From Squalus acanthias (taxonomy: Eukaryota), in NCBI GenBank assembly GCA_030390025.1, contig CM059432.1, positions 7,440,001-7,504,000 of the forward strand: a stretch of 64,000 nt of DNA. Reading direction: 5' to 3'. The translations under genes were made by a program, and so were the position numbers. Below, piece by piece: positions 1 to 13,602 of this stretch (position 1 is its first letter; every line of letters begins with the position of its first letter). The notes beneath the pieces are model-generated. The model had not been told where the DNA came from and did no database searches. It saw only the letters and a list, made by a program, of their open reading frames with translations.

Positions 1-667
1 CCCCCACCATCAACATCCTGGGGGTCACCATTGACCAGAAACTTAACTGGACCAGCCACATAAATACTGTGGCAACAAGAGCAGGTCAGAGGCTAGGTAT
101 TCTGTGGTGAGTGTCTCACCTCCAGACTCCCCAAAGCCTTTCTACCGTCTACAAGGCACAAGTAAGGAGTGTGATGAGTGCAGCTCCAACAACACTCAAG
201 AAGCTCGACACCATCCAGGACAAAGCAGCCCGCTTGATTGGCACCCCCTCTACCACCTTAAACATCCACTCCCTCCACCACCGGCGTACCGTGGCTGCAA
301 TGTGTACCATCTACAAGATGCACTGCAGCAACTCGCCAAGGCTTCTTCGGCAGCACCTCCCAAACCCGCGACCTGTTCCACCTAGAAGGACGAGGGCAGC
401 AGGCGCCATGGGAACACCACCACCTCCAAGTTCCCCTCCAAGTCGCACACCATCCTGACTTGGAAATATATCGCCGATCCTTCATCGTCGCTGGGTCAAA
501 ATCCTGGAACTCCCTCCCTAACAGCACTGTGGGAGCACCTTCACCACACGGACTGCAGCGGTTCAAGAAGGCAGCTCACCACCACCTTCTCGAGGGCAAT
601 TAGGGATGGGCAATAAATGTTGGCTTTGCCAGCGACGCCCACATCCCATAAATGAATAAGAAAAAAA
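1..667 (+). mobile_element. 3' fragment of a CR1/L2-group non-LTR retrotransposon ('family X', tail ...GGGCAATAAATGCTGGCC...CCCACATCCC-polyA)
   Basis: Encodes a LINE ORF2 C-terminal region (QSLSTVYKAQVRSVM..LDTIQDKAARLIG), then a 3' UTR and A-rich tail. Near-identical copies at 24920-25350(-), 31376-31935(-) and 38675-39231(+). Confidence 0.8.
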
Positions 668-669
668 GT

Positions 670-1133
670 AGTGGGGAAACTTTCACAGAGACAATAATCC
701 AAGACAAAATTACTTGTCACTTGGAAAAATATGAGTTAATAAATGACAGGCAGCGCAGATTAGTTAAAGGCAAATCGTGTTTGACTAACTCGATTTGAGT
801 TCTTTGATAAAGTAACGGAGAGGGTGGATGAGTGTAGTGCGGTTGATGTTGTGTATATGGACTTTCAAAAGGCGCTTCATAAAGTTCCACATAATAAGTT
901 AGCAAAATTAAAGCCCATGGGATTAAAGTGGATACGTAATTAGCTAAGGGACAGAAAGCAGAGAGGAGTGGAGAACGGTTGTTTTTCAGACTGGAGGGAA
1001 GAATACAATGGTGTCCCCCAGGGGTCGGTATTAGGATCACTGCTCTTTTTGATATATATTAATGACCTGGACTTGGGTATACAGGGTATAATTTCAAAGT
1101 TTGCAGATGACACAAAACGAGGAAATGTAGTAA
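670..1133 (+). mobile_element. Degenerate CR1 RT fragment, interrupted by the next CR1
   Basis: Broken RT motifs [30 protein letters not shown]. Confidence 0.85.
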
Positions 1134-3190
1134 ACATAGAAACATAGAAGATAGGAGCAGGAGTAGGCCATTCAATGATCTTCCAAATTCAGAACCCTGT
1201 CCCTGCTTTCTCCCCATATCCTTTGATCCCTTTAGCCTTAAGAAATATATCCAACTCCTTCTTGAATATATTTAATGAATTGGCCTCTACTGCCTTCTGT
1301 GGTAGAGAATTCCAAAGGTTCACCACTCTCTGTCCTAAATGGCTTACCCCTTATCCTTAGACTGTGACCCCTGGTTCTGGACTCCCCGACCATCGGGAAC
1401 ATCCTTCCTGTATCTAGTCTGTCCAGTCCTTTCAGAATTTTATAAGTTTCAATGAGATCCCCTCTCATTCTTCGAAACTCCAGCGAGTATAAGCCCAATT
1501 GACCCAATCTCTCCTCATACGTCATTCCTGCCATCCCAGGTATCAGCCTGGTGAATCTTCGCTAAACTTCTTCCATGGCAAGAACATCCTTCCTCAGATA
1601 AGGCGACCAAAACTGCACACAATACTCAAGGTGTGGTCTCACCAAGGCCCTGTACAACTGCAGCAAGACATCCTTGTTCCTGTACTCAAACCCTCTCGCT
1701 ACGAAGGCCAACATACCATTTGCCTTCTTAACCGCCTGCTGCAACTGCATGCTTACCTTCAGCGACTGGTGCACAAGGACACCCAGGTCTTGTTGCACTT
1801 CCCCTTCTCCCAATCTATTGCCATTCAGATAATAATCTGCCTTCCTGTTTTTGACACCAAAGTGGATAACCTCGCATTTATCCACGTTATATTGCATCTG
1901 CCATGCTTCTGCCCAATCACCCAACCTGTCCAAATCATACTGGAGTTTCTCGGCATCCTCCTCACAGCACACACGCCCACCCAGCTTTGTGTCATCTGCA
2001 AACTTGGAGATATTACATCTAGTTCCCTTGTCTAGATCATTAATATATATTGTGAATAGCTGGGGTCCAAGGACCGATCCCTGCGGTACCCCACTAGTCA
2101 CCGCCTGCCACTCGGAAAAAGACCCGTTTATTCCAACTCTTTGCTTTCTGTCTGCCAACCAGTTCTCTATCCAAGTCAATACCTTGCCCCCAATCCCATG
2201 TGCCTTAACTTTACACGCTAATCTCTTATGCGGGACCTTATCGTAAGCCTTTTGAAAGTCCAAATACACCACATCCACTGGTTCTCCCTTATCTATTTTA
2301 CCAGTTACATCCTCAAAAAATTCCAGTAGATTAGTCAAGCACGATTTACCTTTTGTAAATCCATGTTGACTTTGTCCAATCCTGTCACTGTTTTCCAAGT
2401 GCTCTGCTATTACATCTTTTATAATGGACTCTAGCATTTTCCCCACTACCGATGTCAGGCTTACCGGTCTGTAATTCCCCATTTTCTCTCTACCACCTTT
2501 TTTGAATAGTAGGGTAACATTAGCTACCCTCCAATCCATGGGCATTGTTCCAGATTCCATCGAATGTTGGAAGATGACCAGCAATGCATCTACTATTTCT
2601 AGGGCCACTTCCTTAAGTACCCTAGGATGTAGATTATCAGGCCCTGGAGATTTATCAGCCTTCAATCCCATCAATTTCCCTAACACCATTTCCCTACAAA
2701 TACTGATTTCTTTCAGTTCCTCCCTTTCATCAGACCCTATGTTCCCCGACATCTCTGGGAGGTTATTTGTGTCCTCCTTTGTGAAGACAGAACCAAAATA
2801 TGTATTTAATTGGTCTGCCATTTCTTTGTTCCCCATTATAAGTTCCCCTGATTCTGACTGCAAGGGACCTACGCTTGACTTCACCAATCTTTTTCTCTTC
2901 ACATATCTATAAAAGCTTTTACAGTCAGTTTTTATGTTCCCTGCAAGCTTCCTCTCATATTCTATTTTCCCCTTCTTAATTAATCCCTTTGTCCTCCTTT
3001 GTTGAATCCTAAACTGCTCCCAATCCTCAGGTTTACTGCTTTTTCTGGCCAATTTATATGCCCTCTCCTTGGATCTTATGCTATCCCTAATTTCCCTTGT
3101 TAGCCACGGTTGAGTCACCTTTCCTGTTTTATTCTTATGCCAAACTGGGATGAACAAATTCTGTAGTTCATCCATGCGGTCTTTGAATGT
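1134..3190 (-). mobile_element. 5'-truncated CR1 LINE (RT domain, 3' UTR, (TATGTTTC)n tail)
   Basis: ORF 1562-3229(-) has [34 protein letters not shown] and FADD; the tail reads (catagaaa)n on + at about 1134-1150. Confidence 0.93.
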
Positions 3191-3514
3191 AAACAGTGAG
3201 GAAGTGTTGAGTTTCTGGGTCCGTGCCAATTAACCCTTTCCGAAAGATTCGACTAGACCTGTATTGGTGTCAGTAATTATATTTTATTCAGTGAAAGTGA
3301 GACTTGATACATTACAGCATCTGAGCCGTAGTTAAACAAGGCAGAATCTAGGTTTATATTACCCGTTGGGCTCTGGGTAGAAGACGCGATCTCCATGGGT
3401 CAACCCCCGTCGGACCTTGCCTCGTTCGCCCGGTGTGACAAGTGTGGGTCCTCCGCCAACCTGAGACCCTCCTCGGCTCGTCTGCTGGATGTTCCCAAGT
3501 TTCTTGCCCAATAT

Positions 3515-4128
3515 GGGGGCAAAAATTCGGTGGTGACCCCTTTGGGGTGCTAACTTCACCGGGGTGCTAACTTTAGCTTCCCGAAAAAGTTAGCGCCCCC
3601 GTGCCCGAAATTCACTGATAGCGTCCCAAGAGGGAGGCGGGGCGCTACTGGAAGCGCTCCCCCTTCCCTCTTGGGGCGCTACCAGGGAATATCGCGGCGC
3701 TACGTGCCGCCACGCATTGCGGCACGATACTACAGACCTTCCTCCCCTTATTAAAGTGGGGGAGCCTAGCACAGCGCGACCCGGGGCCCTGCTGGGCCAC
3801 CAGTGATCGGAGTGCCGGCAAAAGAACCCGGCGCTCAAGTGAAGTGCAGAGGGGGCCGCGGACGGCAGAGGGGCCAGCAACAAAAGTGGCCGCCCGGCAC
3901 CTCCCCTTTAATTAGCGCCGCCCCGGCCTGACCCTGTCGGACATGGCATCCGGCGGTAAGTCAGGGGGTGCTACCGAAGTTTGAGGCCGGTGCGCGAGCG
4001 GGGCGCTGCCGGTTACCGCCGCCGCTAACCTCCCACTGAATTTCACGGGAGGCGTTAGCGGTGCCGTGCCCGGGCGTTAGTTGCTTAGCGCCCTAACGGG
4101 AGGCGCAAAGCAACCGAATTTTACCCCC
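3515..4128. mobile_element. Non-autonomous DNA transposon (PIF/Harbinger-like MITE, GC-rich)
   Basis: Imperfect TIRs GGGGGCAAAAATTCGGT / ACCGAATTTTACCCCC; subterminal sequence shared with 50297-51189. Confidence 0.7.
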
Positions 4129-4797
4129 ATATCTCTACACATGGAGACATGTTCCATTTGTGTTGCCATAACTACCCCAAATATGAGTCTTGATGGTCAA
4201 AACAGATGATGTCAGCGTGTCGTGAGATGAGGGCCTGACAGGGTTGGGCGGGATCATTAGGTACGTGGCATCCCTGTAATTGGACAGAGGGGGGTTTCAG
4301 GTGTAAGCCAATGATTGGGTTAAACGGTCCCCATGGGCTTTGCTGGGAAGAAGAAGTATAAGAAGGGGTCTCTCAAACACTTAGGTTGTAGAGGCATTGG
4401 TGTCCTTGCTGCAGGCCTATGTTTTAAATTCCCTGCAGATATCATAACATTCCATCCAGTGGCAGCCACACATGACCTTGCTAGTCCTGTTCCCACAGAC
4501 ACGCTGTCTGTTTTTATTAATATGTTTGCTGAGAAGCACTTTTAAAATGTTGGTCAAGAGAGGCCCAATGCTATTTTAAAATCTAAGCGCTTTTACCCAG
4601 GGCATATAAACACTAGTTTTAAAAGCATGATTATTCAAGCGTCATTGTGCATTGCGTATTAGTTACATAATAAAAACAATGCAAACTTAAGACTATAACT
4701 AATGATACTGACTTTATTTAGTCCAGTTAGTTGGTAGGGAGACTCAGAAATGAAGATTTCCCTCTTTTATTGCAGAGGATGGTAACAGACTTCAGGA

Positions 4798-7790
4798 GGA
4801 CATAGAAATTCATGTACTCACCGCCACTCCGTAGCGCCATGAAATGGCGATAAAATGGCGGCCGTTGCTCTTTTGCCAGCTGGTGGCGGGTCCCGCAGCG
4901 GTCGCTATTTTCATCTCCCACTTTGCACTGCTGGTAACCGACAGCGCTGTAGGTGGTTTGCCTTGGTGGTTCGAATCACCTCTCCTACTTAGTTCTAGAC
5001 GACAGGAATTACGGTGAACAGGATTGGAACACAGACAAGCTTTTCAGACTCAACCGCACGGTGTTTAATAAGGTTAACACACACACCCGCCTCCAGTACG
5101 TAAAATGCCTGGTGGCGTAAAACAAACAGTACAACAATACAACTTGGCCCGTCGAACAGGCCCCTGTCTCGTATTAAGATGCCTAAAATCACACTGTGTT
5201 GCAGTACAGAGTATAACATGGACTTGTCCCACAAACCCCAGAACATACACTATATAATACACACAGAACCTCCCCACTAAACCCCTCTGGATTGGTTGGG
5301 ACACACAACACCCCCTCACACAGTACCGGTGGTCTTAAGGATGCCTGGGCTTGGACAATGCTCACCCCGATTGTCCGTTTTCTTGCTCGCTGCTTCCCTG
5401 TGTAGAGCGTGTCTCCTGGTTCCGTATCGCCGATGCAGTATCCAAGTCCCAGTTTCGAGGTTCGTTCCTACAGTCGAAGAGCAAGGCGAGGCTCTTGTCG
5501 CTCGTGGTGGTTTCTTCTCTCCGTCCCGGACGGTGTGCTCGGTTCTTGGTTCAGAGATGAGGGCACGCGAAGGCGAGAGCAAACGAGAGAGAGCGAGAAT
5601 GGCCAAAGCTGCCTTCTCTGTATACCCTAAAAGTTCATTAAGGTCTGTGTATTGCAGTGATGTCTTTTAAATCACCCTACTTTGTCTGGTTCCCGCCTTT
5701 TCGAGTCTGGGCCTTCCCCCAACTCTTGTATTCCAATCCACACCCAGTAATCCAAACCACAGGACATGTACAGGGCTGGGGGATGGAAGACAATTCCTTA
5801 TCTTGTCTCCCCCTCCCTGTGGTACATATTTGATGTGATTTAGTCTTACTGCTGATGTGTTTTGCCCAAGGTTAAAGTGTTTTCATTGAGGCCAGGAAGT
5901 CCATTGTTCCAGCGAAACTGGCATCGTTGTCTTATCCAATTGAAGATCCATCGAACGCCATTAAAACACGAAGTCTCATTGTCCAAAGTTAAATCACCTA
6001 TTCACAGTTAAATCACCTATCGAGACGCTCATTGTCCAAAGTAAATGTCTTTTCCATAGTTAAATTGAAACTCACAGGTATGTCTGTGCTTCTAGGTCCA
6101 ACTGCACCACGCCCCTACCACTGGGCCAAACAGACTGCTGGTCGATCGGCAGTAACAATCAGACAAAATGTCGCCCTGTAAAACAAATGGCGGCATGGTG
6201 ACCTCAATTGGCGTGCAACGCCGACTTAACGTCACCAACGTGAACTTCGACCTGGCGCTGGGTCCTAAGCAGGCCAGGTTAACCAGGCGTGCAAGCAGGC
6301 TGACAGACTCAGGCGATGGCTGCAGCTCTTAAAGGGACACGCACATCATTCAGCTAACTTTGAATTTAAGGGTTTGGACTGGGTTTTTTTGGTGATTTTA
6401 TTGAAGTGGTGGTTTGCTGCAATAGATGTGAAAACGTTTTTTAAGTGTGTAGGGAGTGCTGCTGGATGCTTGCAAGGGCTCGGATGGTAAATGAAGGCCT
6501 TTGAGAAGACAGAACATGCTGCGAATACGCAGCAGGTCACGAAATATCCGTGGAGAGAAAAACAGAGTTCACATCTCAGGTCGACATGCTATAATTTCAC
6601 ATTTACAGCATCCGCTTTCAGCGGGAAAGGCAAGACGCAGAAGAGGAAGGCGCAGAAGAGGAATAAGCTGAAGAGGAGGAATCAGATAGAAGGATGCATC
6701 CCAGACAGCTCCTTTGTGGCCGGGATATCCGGGATGGAATCATCCGCCTGCAGTCCCACTGGCTGGGCAGGCTGCCTCTTCTTGTTGACCCACTGGCTGG
6801 GCAGGCTGCATTTCTTGGGTGTGTGAAATGAGGAAGGCACAAGGGTGGAGTTGTGCTGACGGGAGGATAGGAAGCCTAGAAGTGCGTGCCAGAAGGAGGA
6901 TAACGTATGAGGATACCAGCATCTTGTATCCTTTCAGCCCCGCCACTGGCCAAGGGCTCAACCGTGCCCCTGCCAAGAATGGCCTGCACCGTCTCCTCCA
7001 AGGGGGTGAGGTGATGCTAGGAATGGGAGATGTGCCTCGTGATTGGTGCAGATTGTTGGTAGGTGAGTGATTGGGGGTCGTGCATTGAGCAGTGTGTGAG
7101 GCTAGTGGTGCAGTTGGTAGGAGATGGCTTTTGAAGATGCATTCACTGACCTTGACCAGTGGTCTGAGATCATGAAGCTTTTTAGGGCACTGGAACCAGG
7201 TGGTGGGGGCGACACTGCTGGCAGTGATGTACTCCCATATCGTTCTTTCTGGAGGGCCTCCTGACCCCCTGCACAAAGCTGGAGTGCTGCGTGCGAGACC
7301 CTCGGTACCCCTTCCATAGCTTGTTGAGCCATTTGTGTTAGTGCTGAGGCAGTTTTCCCATTTGTTGAGGTGAGGAAGGTAATTCAGCTTTCACAGCTGA
7401 ATATTCACATTTGGAACTTCTTTTAAATGCTGAATATTTTTTAAAAGGCAGAAAGGGCTGAAAAATGTTTTGATTCACTGCATTTTATTTTGTATTGCTT
7501 CAGTGTGCATGGCCCCTTTAACTCTCAGACTTCTTCATTACCCACAATTCCTTGTGAGCTCCAGAGCTTCGCTCCCAGAGGCTGGGAGAACCTGGACAGG
7601 AACTTCATCCCAGATCCCTCCAGCAACGCCACCAGGGCGGCGTTGCACGGAAGGCGAGTGCTGCACCACCAGTGTCTCTGTGCCTCCCGACCAATTTCAC
7701 TCGATTAGCGTTGCGGCCATTTCCAGCGGCCATTAACTGCAGTTGCCGGTGACACCGGCAACTTTGTTGGCGAACACAAATTTTCCCCCC
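4798..7790 (-). mobile_element. Degenerate Harbinger-derived element with a Myb/SANT-like remnant, apparently interrupted by the LTR-like insert
   Basis: 7140-7330(-) encodes a frameshifted Myb/SANT-like motif (IWEYITASSVAPTTWFQCPKKLHDL). TIR-like right end AAATTTTCCCCC near 7790; left boundary tentative. Confidence 0.5.
4950..6075 (-). mobile_element. Putative solo LTR
   Basis: About 1.1 kb with TG...CA-compatible ends, short direct repeats at 5975-6045 (U3-like), a TATA-like motif near 5620 and ATTAAA near 5065 on the minus strand. No clean TSD found. Confidence 0.45.
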
Positions 7791-8697
7791 AGACAGACTG
7801 GTGAAATGGGCGGACACATGGCAGATGCAATTTAACGCAGAGATGTGTGAAGTGATACATATTGGTAGGAAGAGTGAGGAGAGGCAATATGAACTAAATG
7901 GTACAATTTTAAAGGGGGTGCAGGAACAGAGAGACCTGGGGCTGTATGTATACAAACCTTTGAAGGTGGCAGGACAGGTTGAGAAGGGCTGTTAAAAAAG
8001 CTAATGGGATCCTTGGCTTTATAAAAAGAGACATTCGCGCGATCCTTGCACCCCCGGGAAGCCAGGGAGCCGAATTTCTGGCCCATGGAGTACAAAAGCA
8101 AGGAAGTTCTGCTGAACCTTTATAAATCATTGGTTGTGCCCCAGCTGGAGTATTGGGTCCAATTCTGGGCACCGCACTTTAGAAAAGACGGCAAGGCCTT
8201 GGAGAGGGTGCAGAGGAGATTTCCTAGAATGGCACCAGGGATGAGGGACTTCAGTTACGTGGAGAGACTGGAGAAGCTGGGGTTGTTCTCCTTAGAGCAG
8301 GGAAGGTTAAGGGGAGATTTAATAGAGATCTTCAAAATCATGAATGGTTTTGATAGAGTAAATAAGGAGAAACTGTTCCCAGTGACAGAAGGGTCGGTAA
8401 GCAAAGGACACAGATTTAAAATAATTGGCCAAAAAAACCAGAGGGGACCTGAGGAGAATTCTTTTTTACGCAGCGAGCTGTTGTGATCTGGAACGCGCTG
8501 CCTGAAAGGGCGGAGGAAGCAGTTTCAATAATAACTTTCAAAAGGGAATTGAATAAAAACTTGAAGGGGAAAAATTTGCAGGGTAGTTTGGAAGGTCAGG
8601 GGAATGGAATAATTGGTTACTCTTTCAAAGAGCCGGCAAAGGCACGCTGGGCCGAATGGCCTCTTTCTGTGCTGTATCATTCTATGATTCTATGATT
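7791..8697 (+). mobile_element. CR1 3' fragment with (TATGATTC)n tail and a small Harbinger-end remnant at about 8035-8085
   Basis: WADTWQMQFN and LEYWVQFWAPH motifs; foreign segment ending GAATTTCTGGCCC. Confidence 0.85.
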
Positions 8698-8861
8698 ATA
8701 CAAGTTGTCTGTTCATTGTCTAGGATCTGACTGCACTTATTTGATCAATAGTCATCATTATGGGGAAGTATCTTATTTTTCCTGATATTTTTGTGAGGTT
8801 CTAGATTCGTATTTGGACCGTCAAGAATATATATGAATCTAAAAACACAAATTACGTGGAT

Positions 8862-11180
8862 TACATAGGATATACGGCACAGAAACAGGCCATTCGGCCC
8901 AACCAGTCCATGCCGGTGTTTATGCTCCACTCGAGCCTCCTCCCGTCTTTCCTCATCTAACTCTATCAGCATAACAAATTTTTGAATGATAAGGGAGTCA
9001 AGGGCTATGGGGAGCGGGCAGGGAAGTGGGGTTGAGGCCAAGATCAGATCAGCCACGATGTTATTGAATGGCGGAGCAGGCTCGAGGGGCCGAATGACCT
9101 ACTCCTGCTCCTACGTTTTATGTTCTTATGTTCTCTACTCCCTTCTCCCTCATATGCTTGTCCAGCCTCCCCTGAAATGCATCTATACTATTTGTTTCAA
9201 CCACTCCCTGTGGTAGTGAGTTCCACATTCTCACCACTCTCTGGGTAAAGAAATTTCTTCTGAATTCCCTATTTAATTTCTTGGTGACTATCTTATATTG
9301 ATGGCCTCTAGTTAAGCTCTTCCCCACATGTGGAAACACTCTCTCTGTATCTACTCTACCTACCTTTCATAATTTTAAAGACCACTATTAGGTCACCCCT
9401 CAGCCTTCTTTTTTCAAGAGAAAAGAGACGCAGCCTGTTCATCCTTTCCTGATAGGTATACCCTCGCATTTCTGGTATCATCCTTGTAAATCTTCTCTGC
9501 ACCCTCTCCAGTGCCTCTATATCCTTTTTATAATATGGCGACCAGAACTGTACGCAGTACTCCAAGTGTGATCTAACCAAGTTTCGTTACAAGTTTAGCA
9601 TAACTTCACTACTTTTCAATTCTATACCTCTAGAAATAAACCTTAGTTCTTGGTTTGCTTTTTTTATGGCCTTGTTAACCTGTGTCGCTACTTTTAGTGA
9701 TTTGTGTATTTGTACTCCGAGATTCCTTTGCACCCCTACCCCACCCAGACTCACACCCTCCAAGTAATAAGTGACCTCCTTATTCTTCCTACCAAAATGT
9801 AATACCTCACATTTATCTGTGTTGAAATTCATTTACCAATTATATGCCCATTCTGCAAGTTTATTAATGTCCTCCTGTAATTTGTTGCAGTCCTCCTCAA
9901 TATTGACTCACCCAATTTGTGGTCATCCACAAATTTAGAAATTGTGTTTTTGATTTCAAAGTCTAAATCGTTAATATAAATTGTGAACAACAGTGGTCCC
10001 AGCACTGATCCTTGTGGAACACCACTACCCAACTTCTGCCACTCTGAATAGCTACCCTTTACCCCTACTCTCTGCTTTCTGTCTTGAAGCCAGCTAGCTA
10101 TCCATTCTGCTACTTGTCCCCTGACTCCGCATTCTCTGACCTTGTTCATTAGTCTATTATGGTGTACCTTATCGAAGGCCTTTTGAAAATCTAGATAAAT
10201 TATATCTACTGCATTACCCTTGTCTACTCTCGCTGTTACCTCTTCAAAAAATTCAATGAGGTTGGTCAAGCAAGACTTTCCCTTTTGAAATCTATACTGA
10301 CTATTCATTGTTATATTTTTGGTTTCTAGATGTTCTTCTATTTTTTCCTTTAGTAGGGATTCCATTATTTCTCCTACCACCAATGTTAAGCTAGCTGGTC
10401 TATAGTTCCCTGACATGTTCTATCTCCCTTCTTAAATATAAGTTATCCACCAGTCCTCTGGCACTACACCTTTTTCTAACAAATTATTAAATATGTGCAG
10501 TAATGCCTCTGCTATCTCTTCCCTAGATTCTTTTAAAATGCATGGATGTAATCCATCCAGACCAGGGGTTTTATCCTCTTTGAGTTTGATTAGTTTATTT
10601 AATATATCTCCTCTTTTTATTTTAAATGCAGTTATCTCATTACTAATCTCATCATCCAATGTCATATCCACCTGTTCTATTTCCCTGGTAAATACTGAAG
10701 CAAAGTAATTATTTAATATTTCTGCCATCTCCCTATCGGTGCCTGTGGTATTATCCTGTTCATCCCTTAGTGGCCCTATTCCCATCCCAACCTTTTTTTA
10801 ATTGATGTGCTTGTAAAATATTTTACTATTTTGTTTTATGTTCCTTGATAATGTAATTTCATAGTTCCTCTTTGCCTTCCTAATTGTTTTTTTTGATTTC
10901 TCTCCTAATCTCTTTGTATTCTCCCTTATCATGCTCTCCCCTGCTGTCCATGTACTTAGTGTATGTCTCTTTCCTTACCCTCAATTTTTCCCTTATGGTT
11001 TTATTCATCCATGGTGTCTCATTAGTGTTTAGTTTGTTCTTTTTTTTAGCGGAATATATTTTTCCTGCACTCTGTTGAACACCGTTTTAAATGTTTCCCA
11101 TTGCTGTTCTACTTCATTGTTTGCCAATATTGTTGTCCATTTTATTTTCCCAAGTTCTATTCTCAGCCCCTCAAAATCAA
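8862..11180 (-). mobile_element. Degenerate CR1 LINE (distinct subfamily) with a short + strand CR1 3' end inserted at about 8978-9131
   Basis: Frameshifted RT ORFs 10432-10785, 9829-10416, 9587-9832 and 9356-9580 on the minus strand. Confidence 0.88.
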
Positions 11181-11214
11181 TATCTGGAAAATAAGCCGCA
11201 CTGCTCTCATTTAG

Positions 11215-12005
11215 TGTTCCTAGAGGTCAATAACTAGTGGGCACAGATTTAAAGTAATTGGTACATAGACATAGACATAGAAGATAGGAGCAGGAGTAGG
11301 CCATTCAGCCCCTCGAGCCTGCTCCGCCATTCAATGAGATCATGGCTGATCATCCAAATTCAGTACCCTGTCCCTGCCTTCTCCCCATATCCCTTGATAC
11401 CTTTAGCTTCAAGAAATATATCTAACTCCTTCTTGAATATATTTAATGAATTGGCCTCTACTGCCTTCTGTGGTAGAGAATTCCACAGGTTCACCACTCT
11501 CTGGGTGAAGAAATTCCTCCTCATCTCAGTCCTAAATGGCTTACCCCTTATCCTTAGACTGTGACCCCTGGTTCTGGACTCCCCCGCCATCGGGAACATC
11601 CTTCCTGCATCTAGTCTGTCTAGTCCTGTTAGAATTTTATAAGTTTCAATGAGATCCCCTCTCATTCTTCTAAACTCCAGCGAGTATAAGCCCAATCGAC
11701 CCAATCTCTCCTCATACGTCATTCCTGCCATCCCAGGTAGAAGGATTAGAGGGGAGTTGAGAACTTTCTTCACTCTGAGGGTTGTGGGGGTCTGGAACTC
11801 ACTGCCTGAAAGGGTGGGAGAGGCAGAGACCCTCATCACATTTAAAAAGTACTTGGATATTCACTTGAGATGCCGTAACCTACAGGGCTACGGACCAAGA
11901 GCTGGAAAGTGGGATTAGGCTGGGTAGCTCTTTTTATGGCCGGCACAGACACGATGGGCCAAATGGCCTCCTTCTGTGCCGTATATTTCTATGATTCTAT
12001 GATTC
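11215..12005 (+). mobile_element. CR1 3' end (+) with a nested CR1 3' end (-) at about 11263-11735
   Basis: Host sequence ...GTAATTGGTA|GAAGG... is split by the minus copy, with GGTA at both junctions; both tails visible. Confidence 0.85.
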
Positions 12006-12669
12006 TACAATGACAGTGCACTTATCCCTGGTCGTGGTACGGGCATTTGCCAAGATAAAGTGACTGGAGATTGCTGAGTGCTATTGTTATTAAAGTACTC
12101 CTTATCCACAGTGCAATTAGCTGTGTTACTAATGCCAATAAACTCCCAATCTCAAAGAATTGCATCATTGTTCTTCTATCACAGATTATTACTTGGCTAA
12201 ACAGCTTGTCTTGTATATTGAACAATACCATAGCCAAGGCTTAGATTTAATTACATGGCAGTCATGGCTGTATTGTAGTTTGAGATCTGGCTTCCTTTCA
12301 ATGTCTAAACTACATTCAGTTAATGCCCTTGGTCATCTAATTGCAAACCCGTGGACTTGCTACAAATGTTGTATTAATTATTAATTTCCCTTGAAGAATA
12401 TTTCTGGTACGAGGCGGTTTGGTTCATGCCCCAAACATTTTTCAGCCATGTATATTTATAGTATCATTAATACCTTGACTGATCAAATTCAAATTTCATA
12501 TTCTCCAAAGAAAGTTGATTAAATATTCACCATAGTTACTATTTATTTGTCTTCTGAGCTCATTTGACCAATGCCCCCTCTTGCCTCCAGCAGCATCAAC
12601 AACAACAACTTGCATTTATATCGCACCTTTAATGTAGTAAAACATCCCAAAGCGCTTCACAGGAGCGTT

Positions 12670-13598
12670 ATAGAATCATTGAATCGTAGAAGTTTACAGC
12701 ACAGAAGGAGGCCATTCAGCCTGTCGTGCCTGGTCCGTTTTTTTGACAGAGCTATCCAATTTAGACCTGCACTCCAGCTTTCTCCCCCCATAACCCTGCA
12801 AATGAGTCCTCTTCAAGGGCATGTCCAATTGACTTTTGAAAGTTCCTGCGGAATCTGCTTCCACCACCCTTTCAGGTAGTGCGTTCCAGATCTTCACAAC
12901 CCTCTGGGTGAAGAAACTTCTCCTCATTTCCCTTCTAGTTCTTTTGCCAATTATTTGAGTGATCCATTTGCCAGAGGAAACAGTTTCTCCCTACTTGCGC
13001 TATCATTATTTCGAACACCTCTATTAGGTCTCCCCTTAACCTTCTCTGCTCTAAGGAGAACAATCCCAGCTTCTCCAATCTCTCCACACAACAGAAGTCC
13101 CTCATCCCCGGTATCATCCTGGTAAAGCTCCTCTGCACCCTCTCCAAGGCTTTGACATCCTTCCTAAAGTGTGGTGCCCAGAATTGGACGCAATACTCCA
13201 GCTGAGGCCTAACCAGGGATTTGTAAAGGTTTAGCGTGACTTCCTTGTTTTTCTATTCAATGCCTCTACTTGCAAAGCCTATATCCCACACACTTTCTTA
13301 ATCACCTTGTCAACTTACCCTGCCACCTTCAAAGATTTGTGAATATGCACCCCTAGGTCCCTCTGCTCTTGCACCCCCCTCAAAATAGTACCAATTAGAT
13401 TATACTGTCTCTCCATGTTGTTCCTCCCAAAGTGCATCACTTCACACTTATCTGCATCTGCCGTGTGTCTGCCCATTTCACCAGCCTGTCTATGCCCTCC
13501 TGAAGTCTGCTGCTATCCTCCTCACTATTTACTATGATGCCAAGTTTTGTATCATCACCGCAAACTTCAAAATTATTCTCCCTATACCCAAGTCCAAG
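12670..13598 (-). mobile_element. CR1 3' fragment
   Basis: ERVQRSFTRMIPG and FFTQRVVKIWNALP motifs. Confidence 0.85.
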
Positions 13599-13602
13599 AT
13601 GT

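Noticed and set aside
1499..2912. Plus-strand ORFs of 130-180 aa (and similar ones at 18784-19260 and 19533-19862)
   Set aside because: They are antisense shadows of CR1 coding sequence.
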